Assembly: GCA_044361475.1 (NCBI GenBank)
Contig: JBIKIR010000002.1
Span: forward strand, 18,543-82,542
From: Luteolibacter sp.
Lineage (GTDB): Bacteria; Verrucomicrobiota; Verrucomicrobiia; Verrucomicrobiales; Akkermansiaceae
Length of the DNA: 64,000 nucleotides
Reading direction: 5' to 3'
Part shown: in pieces, positions 18,259-28,283 of the stretch
Layout: every line of letters starts with the position of its first letter
Numbering within the stretch: position 1 is the first letter of the stretch
Translations under genes and position numbers: made by a program
Notes under the pieces: generated by a model
Databases searched by the model: none
Told to the model about the DNA's origin: nothing
The model's input: the letters and a program-made list of their open reading frames with translations, nothing else

Positions 18259-18460
18259 GGCGCAGTGTTCAACTGGAAGGATCAAAATATCCCCGTAGTC
18301 TGATCGGAAAATGATTTGCGATCTCGGAGAGCGGGGTGGGTTAGCCCTTGTTGCTCAACTCATCAAGGGAAAAAATCGCCCCACCGCGAAATATCCATTC
18401 GACCACCTGCCGGCAGCAGGCTTGTAATGCCGACCCGTCACACTAAACTGCCGCCCCATC

Positions 18461-19192
18461 ATGGAGCTCAACGCCATCATCGAAGCCCTGCTCATCGCCT
18501 CTCAAGACCCCCTCCCCTCGGACGAAATCGCACGGCTCATCCGCAGCCGCGTCGCCGAGGCCGAGGATGTGCGCTCCCGCGAAACCGAGGAAGGCAGGGA
18601 ATCCCCACCACTCGCCGACTGGCTGATCGCCCTCGGCCAGACCGACGCTGCCCAAGTCAGTGCCGCCATCACCGGGCTCAACGAATTCTACGCCTCCAGC
18701 CAACGCTCATTTGTGATCCTCGAACGGCCAAAAGGCTGGAAACTCTACACCCGCCCGGAGTTCGGCGAATTTGTCCGCCAACTTTTCCCCGGCCGCAAAC
18801 CGGAACGCCTCAGCGGTCCCGCCATGGAAACGCTCGCAATCATCGCCTACCGCCAACCGATCACCAAAGCCGCGATCGAAGCCGTCCGCGGCGTGGCATG
18901 CGATGGCATGATCCAAAAACTCCTCGATCGAGACCTGATCCGCATCGGCGGCCGCGCCGAACTCCCCGGCCGCCCGCTGCTCTACGAAACGACCGACCTG
19001 TTTTTCGAACACTTCGGCATCCGCTCAATCGACGAACTCCCCAATGCCTCGGAGCTTCGAAAAATCAAACTGCCCGAAGCCACAATAGTCGCCGATCAAG
19101 CGGAGCCGGAAACCCAGCTCGCCCTCAGCGCCATCGGCAGCCCCGCCGCCAGCGCAGGCAACGACGAGGCCCACGAAGACACCGAATCCTGA
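18461..19192 (+). CDS. scpB: Segregation and condensation protein B
   Basis: 243 aa. MELNAIIEALLIASQDPLPSDEIARLI and ..LSGPAMETLAIIAYRQPITKAAIEAVRGV.. are ScpB winged-helix motifs. Confidence 0.88.
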   Translation: MELNAIIEALLIASQDPLPSDEIARLIRSRVAEAEDVRSRETEEGRESPPLADWLIALGQTDAAQVSAAITGLNEFYASSQRSFVILERPKGWKLYTRPEFGEFVRQLFPGRKPERLSGPAMETLAIIAYRQPITKAAIEAVRGVACDGMIQKLLDRDLIRIGGRAELPGRPLLYETTDLFFEHFGIRSIDELPNASELRKIKLPEATIVADQAEPETQLALSAIGSPAASAGNDEAHEDTES

Positions 19193-19206
19193 AACCACCA
19201 ACTGCT

Positions 19207-20277
19207 GTGAACCTCGACGACATCCGCCGCCAGATCGACACCATCGACAAAGAGCTGCTCGACTTGCTCAACCGTCGCGCGGACCTCGTGCATGAAGTCG
19301 GCGTGGTGAAAAAACGCGATGGCCTGCAAATCTACGCACCCGAACGCGAAGAAGCCCTCCTCCGACGCCTGATCTCAATGAATCAGGGGCGCCTGAGCGA
19401 GACATCGATCCGCGCCATCTACCGCGAAATCATGTCGGCCGCACTCGCGCTCGAGGATGATCTCAAAATCGCCTACCTCGGCCCCAAAGGCACATGGACG
19501 CATCAAGCGGCGATCAAAAAATTCGGCCACTCGGTCAGCTACTCGCCGCAGCCAAATTTCGCCGATGTCTTCGAACAAGTCACCCGCCGCAGCGCGGACT
19601 ACGGTGTCGTGCCGATCGAAAACTCCACCGAAGGCGCGGTGTCCCACACGCTCGATCTGTTTGTCGATTCGCCCCTGCACATCTGCTCGCAAATCTTGCT
19701 GCGCATCGAAAATTGCCTGATGGCTGCCATCCCGCGCGGCGAAATCCGCACGCTTTACTCGCACCCGCAGGTCTTCGGCCAATGCCGCGCGTGGATCCAC
19801 AAGAATTTTCCCCAGGCCGACCTCGTGGAAGTTTCCTCAACCACCAAGGCCGCACAAATCGCCCAAGAACAAGCCAAGCAGGGAGCCGCCGCACTCGGTG
19901 GCCCGCTCGCCGCCGAAATCTATGGCCTCGACCTGCTCGAAACATCCATCCAGGACCGCGCCACCAACACGACCCGCTTCCTCGTGATCGGCGAAAAAAC
20001 CTGCCCGCCCACCGGCCACGACCGCACTTCGGTACTCTTCGCCATCCACGATCGCCCCGGCTCATTGGTCAAGGCACTCCAAGCCTTCGACAATTTCCAC
20101 ATCAACCTCTCAAAAATCGAATCCCGACCCTCAAAACGCAAGGACTGGGAATATGTCTTCTATGTCGACCTCGCCGGCCACTGCGAGGACCCGCAAGTCT
20201 CCGAGGCACTCGCCGAGCTCCATCAGCATTGCTCGATGATCAAGCTGCTCGGATCCTACCCGGATGTCAGCGAGTGA
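19207..20277 (+). CDS. pheA: Bifunctional chorismate mutase / prephenate dehydratase (P-protein)
   Basis: C-terminal part of ORF 18316..20277. GTG at 19207 gives VNLDDIRRQIDTIDKELLDLLNRRADL (chorismate mutase), then KIAYLGPKGTWTHQAA (PDT) and an ACT domain. The start codon is uncertain; CTG at 19189 is an alternative. Confidence 0.85.
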   Translation: MNLDDIRRQIDTIDKELLDLLNRRADLVHEVGVVKKRDGLQIYAPEREEALLRRLISMNQGRLSETSIRAIYREIMSAALALEDDLKIAYLGPKGTWTHQAAIKKFGHSVSYSPQPNFADVFEQVTRRSADYGVVPIENSTEGAVSHTLDLFVDSPLHICSQILLRIENCLMAAIPRGEIRTLYSHPQVFGQCRAWIHKNFPQADLVEVSSTTKAAQIAQEQAKQGAAALGGPLAAEIYGLDLLETSIQDRATNTTRFLVIGEKTCPPTGHDRTSVLFAIHDRPGSLVKALQAFDNFHINLSKIESRPSKRKDWEYVFYVDLAGHCEDPQVSEALAELHQHCSMIKLLGSYPDVSE

Positions 20278-20354
20278 GGCTGCCCGCACCCCCCAAAAAT
20301 TACGCGCAAAGAGAACTGGCGTATTGGAATTGAAACTGCTTGATTGCGCCGCAC

Positions 20355-21647
20355 ATGAACAAAAAAGTGGAACTGAACATCGACGGGAAAGTCCTCGAGC
20401 TGCCGACCATCACCGGGTCTGAAGGCGAGGAAGGCATGGATATTTCAGCCCTCCGCAGCAAGACCGGTTTCATCACTCTGGATCCCGGCTACGGCAACAC
20501 CGGCTCATGCAAAAGCGCCATCACTTTCATCGATGGCGAAAAGGGCATTCTTCGCTACCGCGGCTATGACATCGCGGAGCTTGCCGAAAAAAGCACCTTC
20601 GTCGAGACCGCCTACCTGCTGATCTATGGCGAACTCCCCACCGCCACCGAGCTTGCCGATTTCTCCACGCTGCTCACCGACAACCAAATGCTCCACGAGA
20701 GCATGCGCTTCCACTTCGAAGGCTTTCCCCACACCGCCCACCCGATGGCGATCCTCTCGGCGATGATCAACGCCGCATCGTCCTACTATCCGGACCTCGC
20801 CAGCGGCGACAACCGCGAGATGAATTTCCCGCATCACGCCGCACGCCTCATTTCACAAATCCGCACCATCGCCGCCTTCGCCTACCGCAAGGCCCACGAC
20901 CTCCCGCCGATCTATCCGCGCACGACTCTCGATTACACTGCAAACTTCCTCCACATGATGTTCTCGCAACCCGGTGAGGACTGCGAACTCAATCCGGAAA
21001 TCGTCAAGGCTCTCGACCTGATCTTCCTGCTGCACGCCGATCACGAACAAAACTGCTCGACCTCGACGGTCCGCACGGTCGCCTCAAGCCGCGCCAATCT
21101 TTTCGCCTCGGCATCCGCCGGCGTTTGCGCGCTTTGGGGCCCACTTCACGGCGGCGCCAACCAAGCCGTGCTCGAAATGCTCGAAGAAATCCACAACGAA
21201 GGCGACGATGGCACGAAGTTCCTCACGGAAGTGAAAAATAAGGTCGGCAACCGCCGCCTCATGGGCTTCGGCCACCGCGTCTACAAGAGCTTCGACCCGC
21301 GCGCCGTGATCATCAAGCAACAGTGCGACAAGGTGCTCGCCCAACTTCACAAGTCAGATCCACTGCTCGAAATCGCCAAAAAACTTGAGGAAATCGCGCT
21401 CAACGACGAATACTTCATCGCCCGCAAGCTATACCCGAATGTCGATTTCTACAGCGGCATCATCCTGCGCGCCATCGGCATCCCGACCAACATGTTCACC
21501 GTCATGTTTGCCATCGGCCGCATGCCAGGATGGGTCGCAAACTACAAGGAAGTGATGGAAGACACGGACAGCCGCATCGTGCGTCCGCGCCAAATTTACA
21601 CCGGCGCCACCCAGCGGCCCTTCGTCCCCCTCGATAAGCGGGCATGA
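20355..21647 (+). CDS. gltA: Citrate synthase
   Basis: Start at [17 protein letters not shown] (ATG 20355). Motifs [24 protein letters not shown] and GFGHRVYK. Confidence 0.93.
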   Translation: MNKKVELNIDGKVLELPTITGSEGEEGMDISALRSKTGFITLDPGYGNTGSCKSAITFIDGEKGILRYRGYDIAELAEKSTFVETAYLLIYGELPTATELADFSTLLTDNQMLHESMRFHFEGFPHTAHPMAILSAMINAASSYYPDLASGDNREMNFPHHAARLISQIRTIAAFAYRKAHDLPPIYPRTTLDYTANFLHMMFSQPGEDCELNPEIVKALDLIFLLHADHEQNCSTSTVRTVASSRANLFASASAGVCALWGPLHGGANQAVLEMLEEIHNEGDDGTKFLTEVKNKVGNRRLMGFGHRVYKSFDPRAVIIKQQCDKVLAQLHKSDPLLEIAKKLEEIALNDEYFIARKLYPNVDFYSGIILRAIGIPTNMFTVMFAIGRMPGWVANYKEVMEDTDSRIVRPRQIYTGATQRPFVPLDKRA

Positions 21648-22930
21648 AAATTCTCAACCACAGCGATCCGAGATATCAGGCATTCGTAAGGCGCCTCAAC
21701 CGCCGCGCGATCCCCGAAGCCGGCGTGCGCGATTTGGTCAGCGAAATCATCGCCCAAGTCGCCGCCAAAGGCGATGATGCACTCGTCACACTCACCAAAC
21801 GCTTCGACGGCGCAACGCTCAAAACAAAGTCGCTGTTTGTCACCGAGGCCGAAATGCTGGCCGCCGAAAAATCCGTAAGCCGCGCCACCCGCAGCGCCGT
21901 TTCACGCAGCCTCAAAAACATCCACGCCTTCGCCAAGCACAGCCTGCGCAAGGATTGGTCGATGAAAAATACCGAAGGCGCCACCGTCGGCGAACGCTTC
22001 ACGCCCTTCGACCGCGTCGGCGTTTATGTCCCTGGCGGCAAGGCACCTCTCGTTTCGACCGCACTCATGACCGCCGGCTTCGCCAAAGCCGCCGGCGTCC
22101 CGGAAATCATCGCCGCCACACCCTGCGCAGCCGATGGCTCGGTGAACCCCGCGCTGCTCTACGCATTGAAACAAGCCGGTGCCACCGAGATCGTCAAAAT
22201 CGGTGGCGCCCAAGCCATCGCCGCGCTCGCTCTCGGCACGAAATCCATCCACCCGGTCGATCGCATCTTCGGCCCCGGCAACCGCTTCGTGGTCGAAGCG
22301 AAACGCCAACTCGTCGGCGCGGTGTCCATCGACCTCCTTCCCGGACCCAGCGAAATTCTCATCCTTGCCGACAAGTCCGGAAATCCCGACTTCATCGCCG
22401 CCGACCTGCTCGCCCAAGCCGAACACGGTGGCGACAGCGTGGTCGGATTTGCAACCGACTCAAAAGCACTCCTCAATCGGGTCGTCTCCTCGATCGAAAA
22501 ACAACTGCCCCTTCTCTCCCGCGGAAAAATCATCCGCAATGTGCTCAAGACCGGCACCTTCCTCCTTCATCTAAAATCCTTCGAAGAAGGCATCGCCATC
22601 AGCAACGCCTTCTGCCCCGAACACCTTTCCCTCATCACCGCCAACGAAAAACGCTGGCTGCCAAAAGTCCGCACCGCCGGCGCCATCTACCTCGGCAACT
22701 TCTCGCCCGTCGCCGTCGGCGATTTCCTCGCCGGACCCAGCCACACCCTCCCCACCGGTGGCGCGGGACGCTCGTTCTCCGGCCTGCGCGCCGACCAATT
22801 CCAACGCCGCACCAGCATCGTGCGCCTCGACAAAAAATCCATCAAGGCCTCGCTCCCGGTCGTCGAAGAATTCGCTCGCATCGAAGGCCTCGACGCCCAC
22901 GGCCGCTCCACCTCGATCCGACTCGAATAG
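21644..22930 (+). CDS. hisD: Histidinol dehydrogenase
   Basis: 428 aa. Motifs [23 protein letters not shown] and APEHL. ATGA overlap with the gltA stop. Confidence 0.95.
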   Translation: MKILNHSDPRYQAFVRRLNRRAIPEAGVRDLVSEIIAQVAAKGDDALVTLTKRFDGATLKTKSLFVTEAEMLAAEKSVSRATRSAVSRSLKNIHAFAKHSLRKDWSMKNTEGATVGERFTPFDRVGVYVPGGKAPLVSTALMTAGFAKAAGVPEIIAATPCAADGSVNPALLYALKQAGATEIVKIGGAQAIAALALGTKSIHPVDRIFGPGNRFVVEAKRQLVGAVSIDLLPGPSEILILADKSGNPDFIAADLLAQAEHGGDSVVGFATDSKALLNRVVSSIEKQLPLLSRGKIIRNVLKTGTFLLHLKSFEEGIAISNAFCPEHLSLITANEKRWLPKVRTAGAIYLGNFSPVAVGDFLAGPSHTLPTGGAGRSFSGLRADQFQRRTSIVRLDKKSIKASLPVVEEFARIEGLDAHGRSTSIRLE

Positions 22931-23400
22931 GCAGGGACCTTTCTCCGCAAAGGTCCGCTCCGGTAGGGCGACGTGGCCTCGCGGCGCTGACTCTTTCAAA
23001 AGATGTTCAAACCGCAAATGGACGCAAATACACGCGAATCATAAAAGATCGCAGATCATAGATCGTGGATTGCAGACCAAAGAGGCCGTCGAATCTTCAC
23101 AGGCAGAGACCTTTCTCCGCAAAGGTCCGCTCCGGTAGGGCGACGTGGCCCGCAGCGTCGACTCTTTCAAAAGATGTTCAAACCGCGAATGGACGCAAAT
23201 ACACGCGAATCATGAATGATCGCAGATCATAGATCGTGGATTGCAGACCAAAGAGGCCGTCGAATCTTCACAGGCAGGGACCTTTCTCCGCAAAGGTCCG
23301 CTCCGGTAGGGCGACGTGGCCCGCGGCGCCGACTCTTTCAAAAGATGTTCAAACCGCGAATGGACGGGAATCATGAATGATCGTGGATTGCGGATGACCA
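22930..23400 (+). repeat. Tandem repeat, about 172-bp unit x 2.7 (units start near 22930, 23102, 23273), each unit containing a REP-like core
   Basis: Periods of 172 and 171 bp measured from the AGGCAG landmarks at 22929, 23101 and 23272. The units differ by a few substitutions, and the third unit is truncated and diverged. Confidence 0.9.
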
Positions 23401-23513
23401 AATCTGGAATGCTGGATAACTCACGCGCCCCTCTTCTCATGTTTCTGGATTCTTGACTCTGGAATCTCAAAATCGGTATTTCCAATATGCAATTTTGGTA
23501 TTACCTTGCGTCC

Positions 23514-23756
23514 ATGACCACGATTTCTTTGAAAATCCCCGAAGAATTGGTTTCCCGCATGGATGCCATGGCCCGAAGCAAACGCACCAGCCGCTCGGCG
23601 CTGCTCCGCGAAGCACTTGAGGAAAAACTCAAAACCATGTCGCGCAAGACGCCCCTGAGCCTTTACGAACAAAGCGCCGACCTCTGCGGCAAGGGCAAAA
23701 GCGGCCTGCGCGATCTCGCATCAAATCCCAAACACCTCGAAGGATTCGGTCGATGA
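23514..23756 (+). CDS. Ribbon-helix-helix (CopG/Arc-type) antitoxin
   Basis: ORF 23487..23756, start at MTTISLKIPEELVSRMDAMARSKRTSRSALLREALEEKL (RHH fold signature). 4-nt overlap with the PIN gene. Confidence 0.75.
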   Translation: MTTISLKIPEELVSRMDAMARSKRTSRSALLREALEEKLKTMSRKTPLSLYEQSADLCGKGKSGLRDLASNPKHLEGFGR

Positions 23757-24169
23757 GCGAGATCCTCGTCGATACCGGACCCTTGGTCGCCTATCTGGAT
23801 CGAAGCGATCGGGATCATGCGTGGACCAAGCAAGCCTTCATGCAGATATCGCGCCCTTTGCTGACCTGTGAAGCGGTGATTGCAGAAGCCCTTTTCTTGT
23901 TGCGTCGCGGCGGAATCGATCCCGACGGCTTGCTCAACCTGATAAGTCGCGGCCTTGTGTTGCCGGAGTTTTGCTTGAAGGCGGAAATTGCATCCATTCA
24001 GCAACTGATGAAATCCTACCGCAATGCCCCCATGTCCTTGGCCGATGCCTGTCTCGTGAGAATGGCGGAAATTTATGAATCCTCCGAAGTTATGACATTG
24101 GATTCGGATTTCACCATCTACCGAAAATCCCGTCGCAATGTGATCCCGCTGCTTCGTCCCAACCGGTAA
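23753..24169 (+). CDS. vapC: PIN-domain toxin (VapC family)
   Basis: 138 aa. Acidic PIN residues in ILVDTGP, TCEAV, SLADAC and TLDSDF. Confidence 0.8.
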   Translation: MSEILVDTGPLVAYLDRSDRDHAWTKQAFMQISRPLLTCEAVIAEALFLLRRGGIDPDGLLNLISRGLVLPEFCLKAEIASIQQLMKSYRNAPMSLADACLVRMAEIYESSEVMTLDSDFTIYRKSRRNVIPLLRPNR

Positions 24170-24224
24170 ATTGCGGAGGAAAGCGTGGAGGAAAAGTTAT
24201 TGGCGAAAGAACGAAGAGGGTTCT

Positions 24225-24393
24225 TCCACGATCCACGATCTGAAATCTTACATCATCCGCATTCATTCGAGTCCATTCACGGTTTAAACATCTTTTGAAA
24301 GAATCGGCGCCGCGGGCCGCGTCGCCCTACCTTGAGCGATAACCCGCCTCTTTATTCTCTTCTCTTGAAACTGAATACTTGAAACTTGAAACT
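24225..24393 (-). repeat. Inverted copy of the distal part of the 172-bp repeat (REP-like core at 24304-24331), plus a CTTGAAAC low-complexity module
   Basis: The reverse complement of 24270-24331 matches 23305-23366 with about 4 mismatches by eye. The module CTTGAAACTGAATACTTGAAACTTGAAAC also occurs at 28405-28435 and 42722-42752. Confidence 0.8.
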
Positions 24394-26274
24394 TCACCCC
24401 ATCATCCCCGCGGCGGCGCATAGAATCGCAATGACCGCTGCGAACAGCGATTCACCTGCCACCAAGCCTGAAGCCAGTGGCACCTTGTAATCCGCCGCGC
24501 TTGATACCGAGCGGCGTTGCCAAAACCACGCAAGCAAGGCCCCGACCGCAAATCCAAGACTGTTGGAGAAATCCACAATCATTCCCAGCCCCAAGCCCAT
24601 CGCCGATGGAATGAACGCATGCATCCGCGGCCAGCGTCCATCGATAAGCGGCAACGCAATGCCAAGCACGCCGCCAATCAACACCGCCCATGCGGCGCTT
24701 GCGGGCAACTGCCCCACCCCCACCGCCAATAAATCCGCCATCGCCTTCCACGCATTGGCCGCCGGCATCGGAAAGCGATCGGTCAAGCCCTGCACACTCG
24801 GAGCCAAGGCATACCACGCGGGCACAATCGCCAGCGTTCCGAAAAAGATTCCGAAAAACTGCGCAAGAAACTGCCGCCGTGGATTAGCACCCAACAAATG
24901 ACCACTCTTCAGATCGGTCAACAAATCCGCCGCACTGCCCGCAGCCGATGCGGTCACGCCGGCCGCCATCAGATTCACCGCCGGATTGTTCCGCACCAAC
25001 GCGGCATAAACCAACTGCGTCACTTTTCCCATCGCACCAATCGGCGTGGTATCGGCCTCACCCGTGGCACGACAAGCGACGAGCGCGAGCACAAATGACA
25101 TCGCCACCGCCAATAAACCAAATCCCACACCCAGTCCGAACGCCACATGCAGCAAAGCAACAAGGCAAAGCGAAATAGGCACGAGCCCGATCCACATCCA
25201 TTTGATCGGGACTTCCAAATGAGCGATCGGCGACGCACTTCCACCCGATCCAAAACGCAACGCACGCAGCAGTGTGCGCCACTGCATCGCAAATGCCGTG
25301 AGACTCGCAAAAACCATCAATGCCGTTCCACCCCACACGCCCCAGCGTCGCGGCATCACCTCGACCATGCCCGTTTGCCAAATGGAATGTGGACCCATGC
25401 CCTTTGCCGCGAGCGCGATGTCATATGAAACCAAAACCGGCGTGATCACAAAATACAAAAGCGCCGAACCCAACAACATCGAGAAGGCCATCCTCAAACC
25501 CATGATCATCCCCGCACCGATCATCAACACGCCCGGCTCAAATCCAAAACCCGAGAGACGGATGCCATTCGGCAAAAAGTCCCCACGAAACTTCAACAAC
25601 TCGGGCACCGGCAAACAACCGTGCCACCACGCCGCAAAGCGACCCAACCACTGACCCGCAAAACTCTCCGCCAAGGCCGGCAGATTTTTCAAAATCCCAA
25701 ACACACCACCCACGCCGATGCCCACCACCAAGGCCCGCGCCTTGCGCATCGCCTCACGCCCTTCGGAATAAAGACCGCGCAAAGTTTCCGCCGCGGCAAT
25801 GCCACTCGGAAACGGCAACTCCTCGTGCTGAATCATTCGTCGCTTCATCGGGATCGCCAAAAACACGCCCAAGGCCGCCGTCAGCAAAACGGTGCCCGCC
25901 ACCACCCACCACGGCTGATGCACTCCTTCATAAAGATACAATGCTGCAAACGCACTACCCACCGTGCCACCAGTGGAATACCCCGCCGCACTCGCCGTGC
26001 TCTGCATGCAGTTGTTCTCCAACATCGTCATGCGCGCCATCCTCCCACCACTCAATGCCCTCACCCCATTCCACAACACATGCGACAACACACACGCCGT
26101 GATCGCCACACCAAAAGCCCAACCGAGCTTGAGCGTCGTGTACAAATTCGAAATCGACAACACCATGCCCAGCAAACCACCGGTCATCACTGCCCGCAGC
26201 GTCAATTGCCTCTCGTGGTCACCCTGGTAAACCTCACGCAGCCATTTGAGATCCTTGGCAGCATCCTCATCCAT
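24394..26274 (-). CDS. OPT-family oligopeptide transporter
   Basis: ORF 24394..26292, start at MDEDAAKDLKW. A polytopic membrane protein whose N-terminal signature LTLRAVMTGGLLGMVLSISNLYTTLKLGW is typical of the OPT superfamily. Confidence 0.85.
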   Translation of the reverse strand: MDEDAAKDLKWLREVYQGDHERQLTLRAVMTGGLLGMVLSISNLYTTLKLGWAFGVAITACVLSHVLWNGVRALSGGRMARMTMLENNCMQSTASAAGYSTGGTVGSAFAALYLYEGVHQPWWVVAGTVLLTAALGVFLAIPMKRRMIQHEELPFPSGIAAAETLRGLYSEGREAMRKARALVVGIGVGGVFGILKNLPALAESFAGQWLGRFAAWWHGCLPVPELLKFRGDFLPNGIRLSGFGFEPGVLMIGAGMIMGLRMAFSMLLGSALLYFVITPVLVSYDIALAAKGMGPHSIWQTGMVEVMPRRWGVWGGTALMVFASLTAFAMQWRTLLRALRFGSGGSASPIAHLEVPIKWMWIGLVPISLCLVALLHVAFGLGVGFGLLAVAMSFVLALVACRATGEADTTPIGAMGKVTQLVYAALVRNNPAVNLMAAGVTASAAGSAADLLTDLKSGHLLGANPRRQFLAQFFGIFFGTLAIVPAWYALAPSVQGLTDRFPMPAANAWKAMADLLAVGVGQLPASAAWAVLIGGVLGIALPLIDGRWPRMHAFIPSAMGLGLGMIVDFSNSLGFAVGALLAWFWQRRSVSSAADYKVPLASGLVAGESLFAAVIAILCAAAGMMG

Positions 26275-26736
26275 GCACAACACGCAACACAAGCGATCGC
26301 CTCATGGCAAGAACCGAGGCCAAGGGATGAAAGTCCATCAACCCGCTACTGCGGCTGGACGCATCTGATTGCCCTTGCCATGAGATATCCCGTTCCTCGA
26401 TTCTTTAGAGCATTTTGATCAAATTTATAGCCGGTGCTTGGGGTATAGCGCAGTGGATTTTTACGGCTTCGCCGGATCTTGGAAAAGAAGCGCAATTTTT
26501 TCGCAAACTGCTCTAACTCGGGAGAGTAACAGCGCTAGCCGTTGATGGGTATTTCTCACTACAGATCACCGTCCGTAGCATGTCTGCGACCAGATGCCGG
26601 AAATCAATTCGTGGCTTGCCACCTCACGTCCATTCACGCTCCCAGTTTTGCCACTCAAATCCATTTGGCATACAGCCCCAAAATCTCTTGCCCGCAGGTT
26701 GTCCCGCCATTACAGGTTGCGTCCTGTCGCAAGACA

Positions 26737-26810
<74 letters not shown>

Positions 26811-26825
26811 CTGCACCAATCAAGT

Positions 26826-27548
26826 CTAAGGCATCGGCGCGGTGCTAGGACCCGCGGGCGAACCGTGTGGAGTAGGACCACCACTTGCGGCGAGTTGCTG
26901 TTGCAGCGCGGGAGAGATCGGGCCATGGCGACTGGGCTCTTGGGTGATCGTCACCGGGGTCCCCACATCGACCACATCGTACACGAGCGGCACGAAATCC
27001 TTGGGCATGCGAATGCACCCGTGCGAGGCAGGCTTGCCAGGTTCGGGGATCAGCCCCCCGTGCATGCCGATGCCGTATGAGGTGAGCCTCATCCAAAACG
27101 GCATGGGTGCTGGCACATACCTCATGCCTTTGGGTACGCGGTCGCCGACCTTTGCATCTCCATCGACGACATTGCCAAATTCATCCTCGATCCAGCCGTA
27201 CTTGTTGGAATACTTGTCCTCAATTTTTTCCATGATGCGGTAGGTTCCGGCGCGGGTGCCGTGACCTTCCTTGCCGGTCGCAACATACGACCATCCGATC
27301 GGCCGACCACCGCGATGGTACTCCGCGATCTGATCGGGCAGGCTGATGCGTACCGTCACTTTTCCCGGGCCGCCATCGTCATACCAACCGTAAAGCACCG
27401 GCTCGGGCGGGGGTGGAACCGGCTTGGCACCACCCACTCCGCAGGATGAAAGAACCGCAGCCCCCCCAAGCATCGCAAGCCCTGCGGCAACGCGCTTGAG
27501 CAGCGGCGAAATGGACACCGGGCGGATGATTTTCTCAAAAAAAGCCAT
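26826..27548 (-). CDS. L,D-transpeptidase (YkuD domain) lipoprotein
   Basis: 240 aa. Signal/lipobox AAVLSSCG and catalytic motif GMHGG...ASHGCIRM. Confidence 0.85.
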   Translation of the reverse strand: MAFFEKIIRPVSISPLLKRVAAGLAMLGGAAVLSSCGVGGAKPVPPPPEPVLYGWYDDGGPGKVTVRISLPDQIAEYHRGGRPIGWSYVATGKEGHGTRAGTYRIMEKIEDKYSNKYGWIEDEFGNVVDGDAKVGDRVPKGMRYVPAPMPFWMRLTSYGIGMHGGLIPEPGKPASHGCIRMPKDFVPLVYDVVDVGTPVTITQEPSRHGPISPALQQQLAASGGPTPHGSPAGPSTAPMP

Positions 27549-27643
27549 GAATCAGCGGGGTTTGGGGACCGGCGGTCTAACGAATCCACCCCGACGCGTC
27601 AATCCCTTGCAATACCCCGGCTCCGACCGTATGAGGGGCGTGC

Positions 27644-28273
27644 ATGGTTCGATTTTCGATTTTTGGCATCCCGGTGGAGGTTCAGCCCTTTTTCTGGATC
27701 ACCCTGGTTCTGATCGGTGGCGCGCTGGGGGCCGACTCGGCCTCGGCGATTCTGCAAACCATGCTCTTTGTGCTGGCGGGCTTCGTTTCGATCCTTGTCC
27801 ATGAGTTGGGTCACGCGCTTACGGCGCGGAAATTTGGCGCTCACAGCTCGATCGTGCTTCAAGCCTTCGGTGGCCTCGCCCAACACAGCGGCGTGCATCT
27901 GAGCCGCCCCCAAGCGTTCATCGTCACCGCGGCAGGCCCCTTGTTGCAAATCGGCCTCGGCCTCGTGGTGTGGCACGCCCTCCCCCACCTCACCGACCTC
28001 AAACCGCACGCCAGTTATTTTTTCTTCACCCTCATGAGCATCAGCTTCATCTGGGCGCTGCTCAACCTGCTGCCCATCCTGCCACTCGACGGCGGCCAAA
28101 TGCTGCACGCGATCCTCGGACCCAAGCGGGTGAGGATCACGCTCTGGACCACCATCATTTGTGCTGTCGTGATCGGTGGCGGCTACTTCATGCAAACCGG
28201 AAGTTTCATCCTGCCGATTTTCATGGGCCTCTTCGCTTGGCAGGCATTCCAAGCGCTCAAACAAGAGCGCTAA
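27644..28273 (+). CDS. M50-family (site-2 protease-like) membrane metallopeptidase
   Basis: 209 aa. HELGH motif in ILVHELGHALTARKFGA, NLLPILPLDGG, and multiple TM segments. Confidence 0.8.
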   Translation: MVRFSIFGIPVEVQPFFWITLVLIGGALGADSASAILQTMLFVLAGFVSILVHELGHALTARKFGAHSSIVLQAFGGLAQHSGVHLSRPQAFIVTAAGPLLQIGLGLVVWHALPHLTDLKPHASYFFFTLMSISFIWALLNLLPILPLDGGQMLHAILGPKRVRITLWTTIICAVVIGGGYFMQTGSFILPIFMGLFAWQAFQALKQER

Positions 28274-28283
28274 AAAGGGATAA

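Noticed and set aside
17194-18303. 369-aa + strand ORF with FRWHRL repeats
   Set aside because: Antisense to the DksA-like gene and rpmG. Its repeats are only the reverse reading of the 18-bp tandem repeat. The minus-strand products have clear homology.
18259-18340. Zur/Fur-type operator upstream of the DksA-L33-S18 cluster
   Set aside because: Only a weak GATCG-N12-CGATC symmetry around an AT-rich centre. It does not match the 7-1-7 Fur-family or known Zur consensus by eye, so no regulatory site is called.
18316-19206. First 297 codons of the 653-aa ORF 18316..20277
   Set aside because: Arg/Pro-rich out-of-frame reading across scpB. Only the part from GTG 19207 (chorismate mutase onward) is homologous to PheA.
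21955-23061. 368-aa + strand ORF
   Set aside because: Alternative frame of hisD running into the repeat array. Extreme Arg/Pro/His composition with no motifs.
22930-23400. Possible CRISPR array (also considered for 36195-36632 and 43506-43928)
   Set aside because: The units are 171-172 bp composite repeats with no unique spacers, or irregularly spaced inverted copies. There is no 25-40-nt repeat with regular spacer periodicity, and there are no cas genes.
23210-23485. 91-aa ORF inside the tandem repeat (similarly 36210..36458)
   Set aside because: Lies wholly within the repeat units, so its sequence is just repeat translation. No start context or homology.
26440-26456. tRNA-like 5' fragment GGGGTATAGCGCAGTGG as a tRNA gene or pseudogene
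   Set aside because: The sequence does not continue into D-stem closure, an anticodon arm or a T arm. Seventeen nt of similarity could be chance, so it is only mentioned in the spacer finding.
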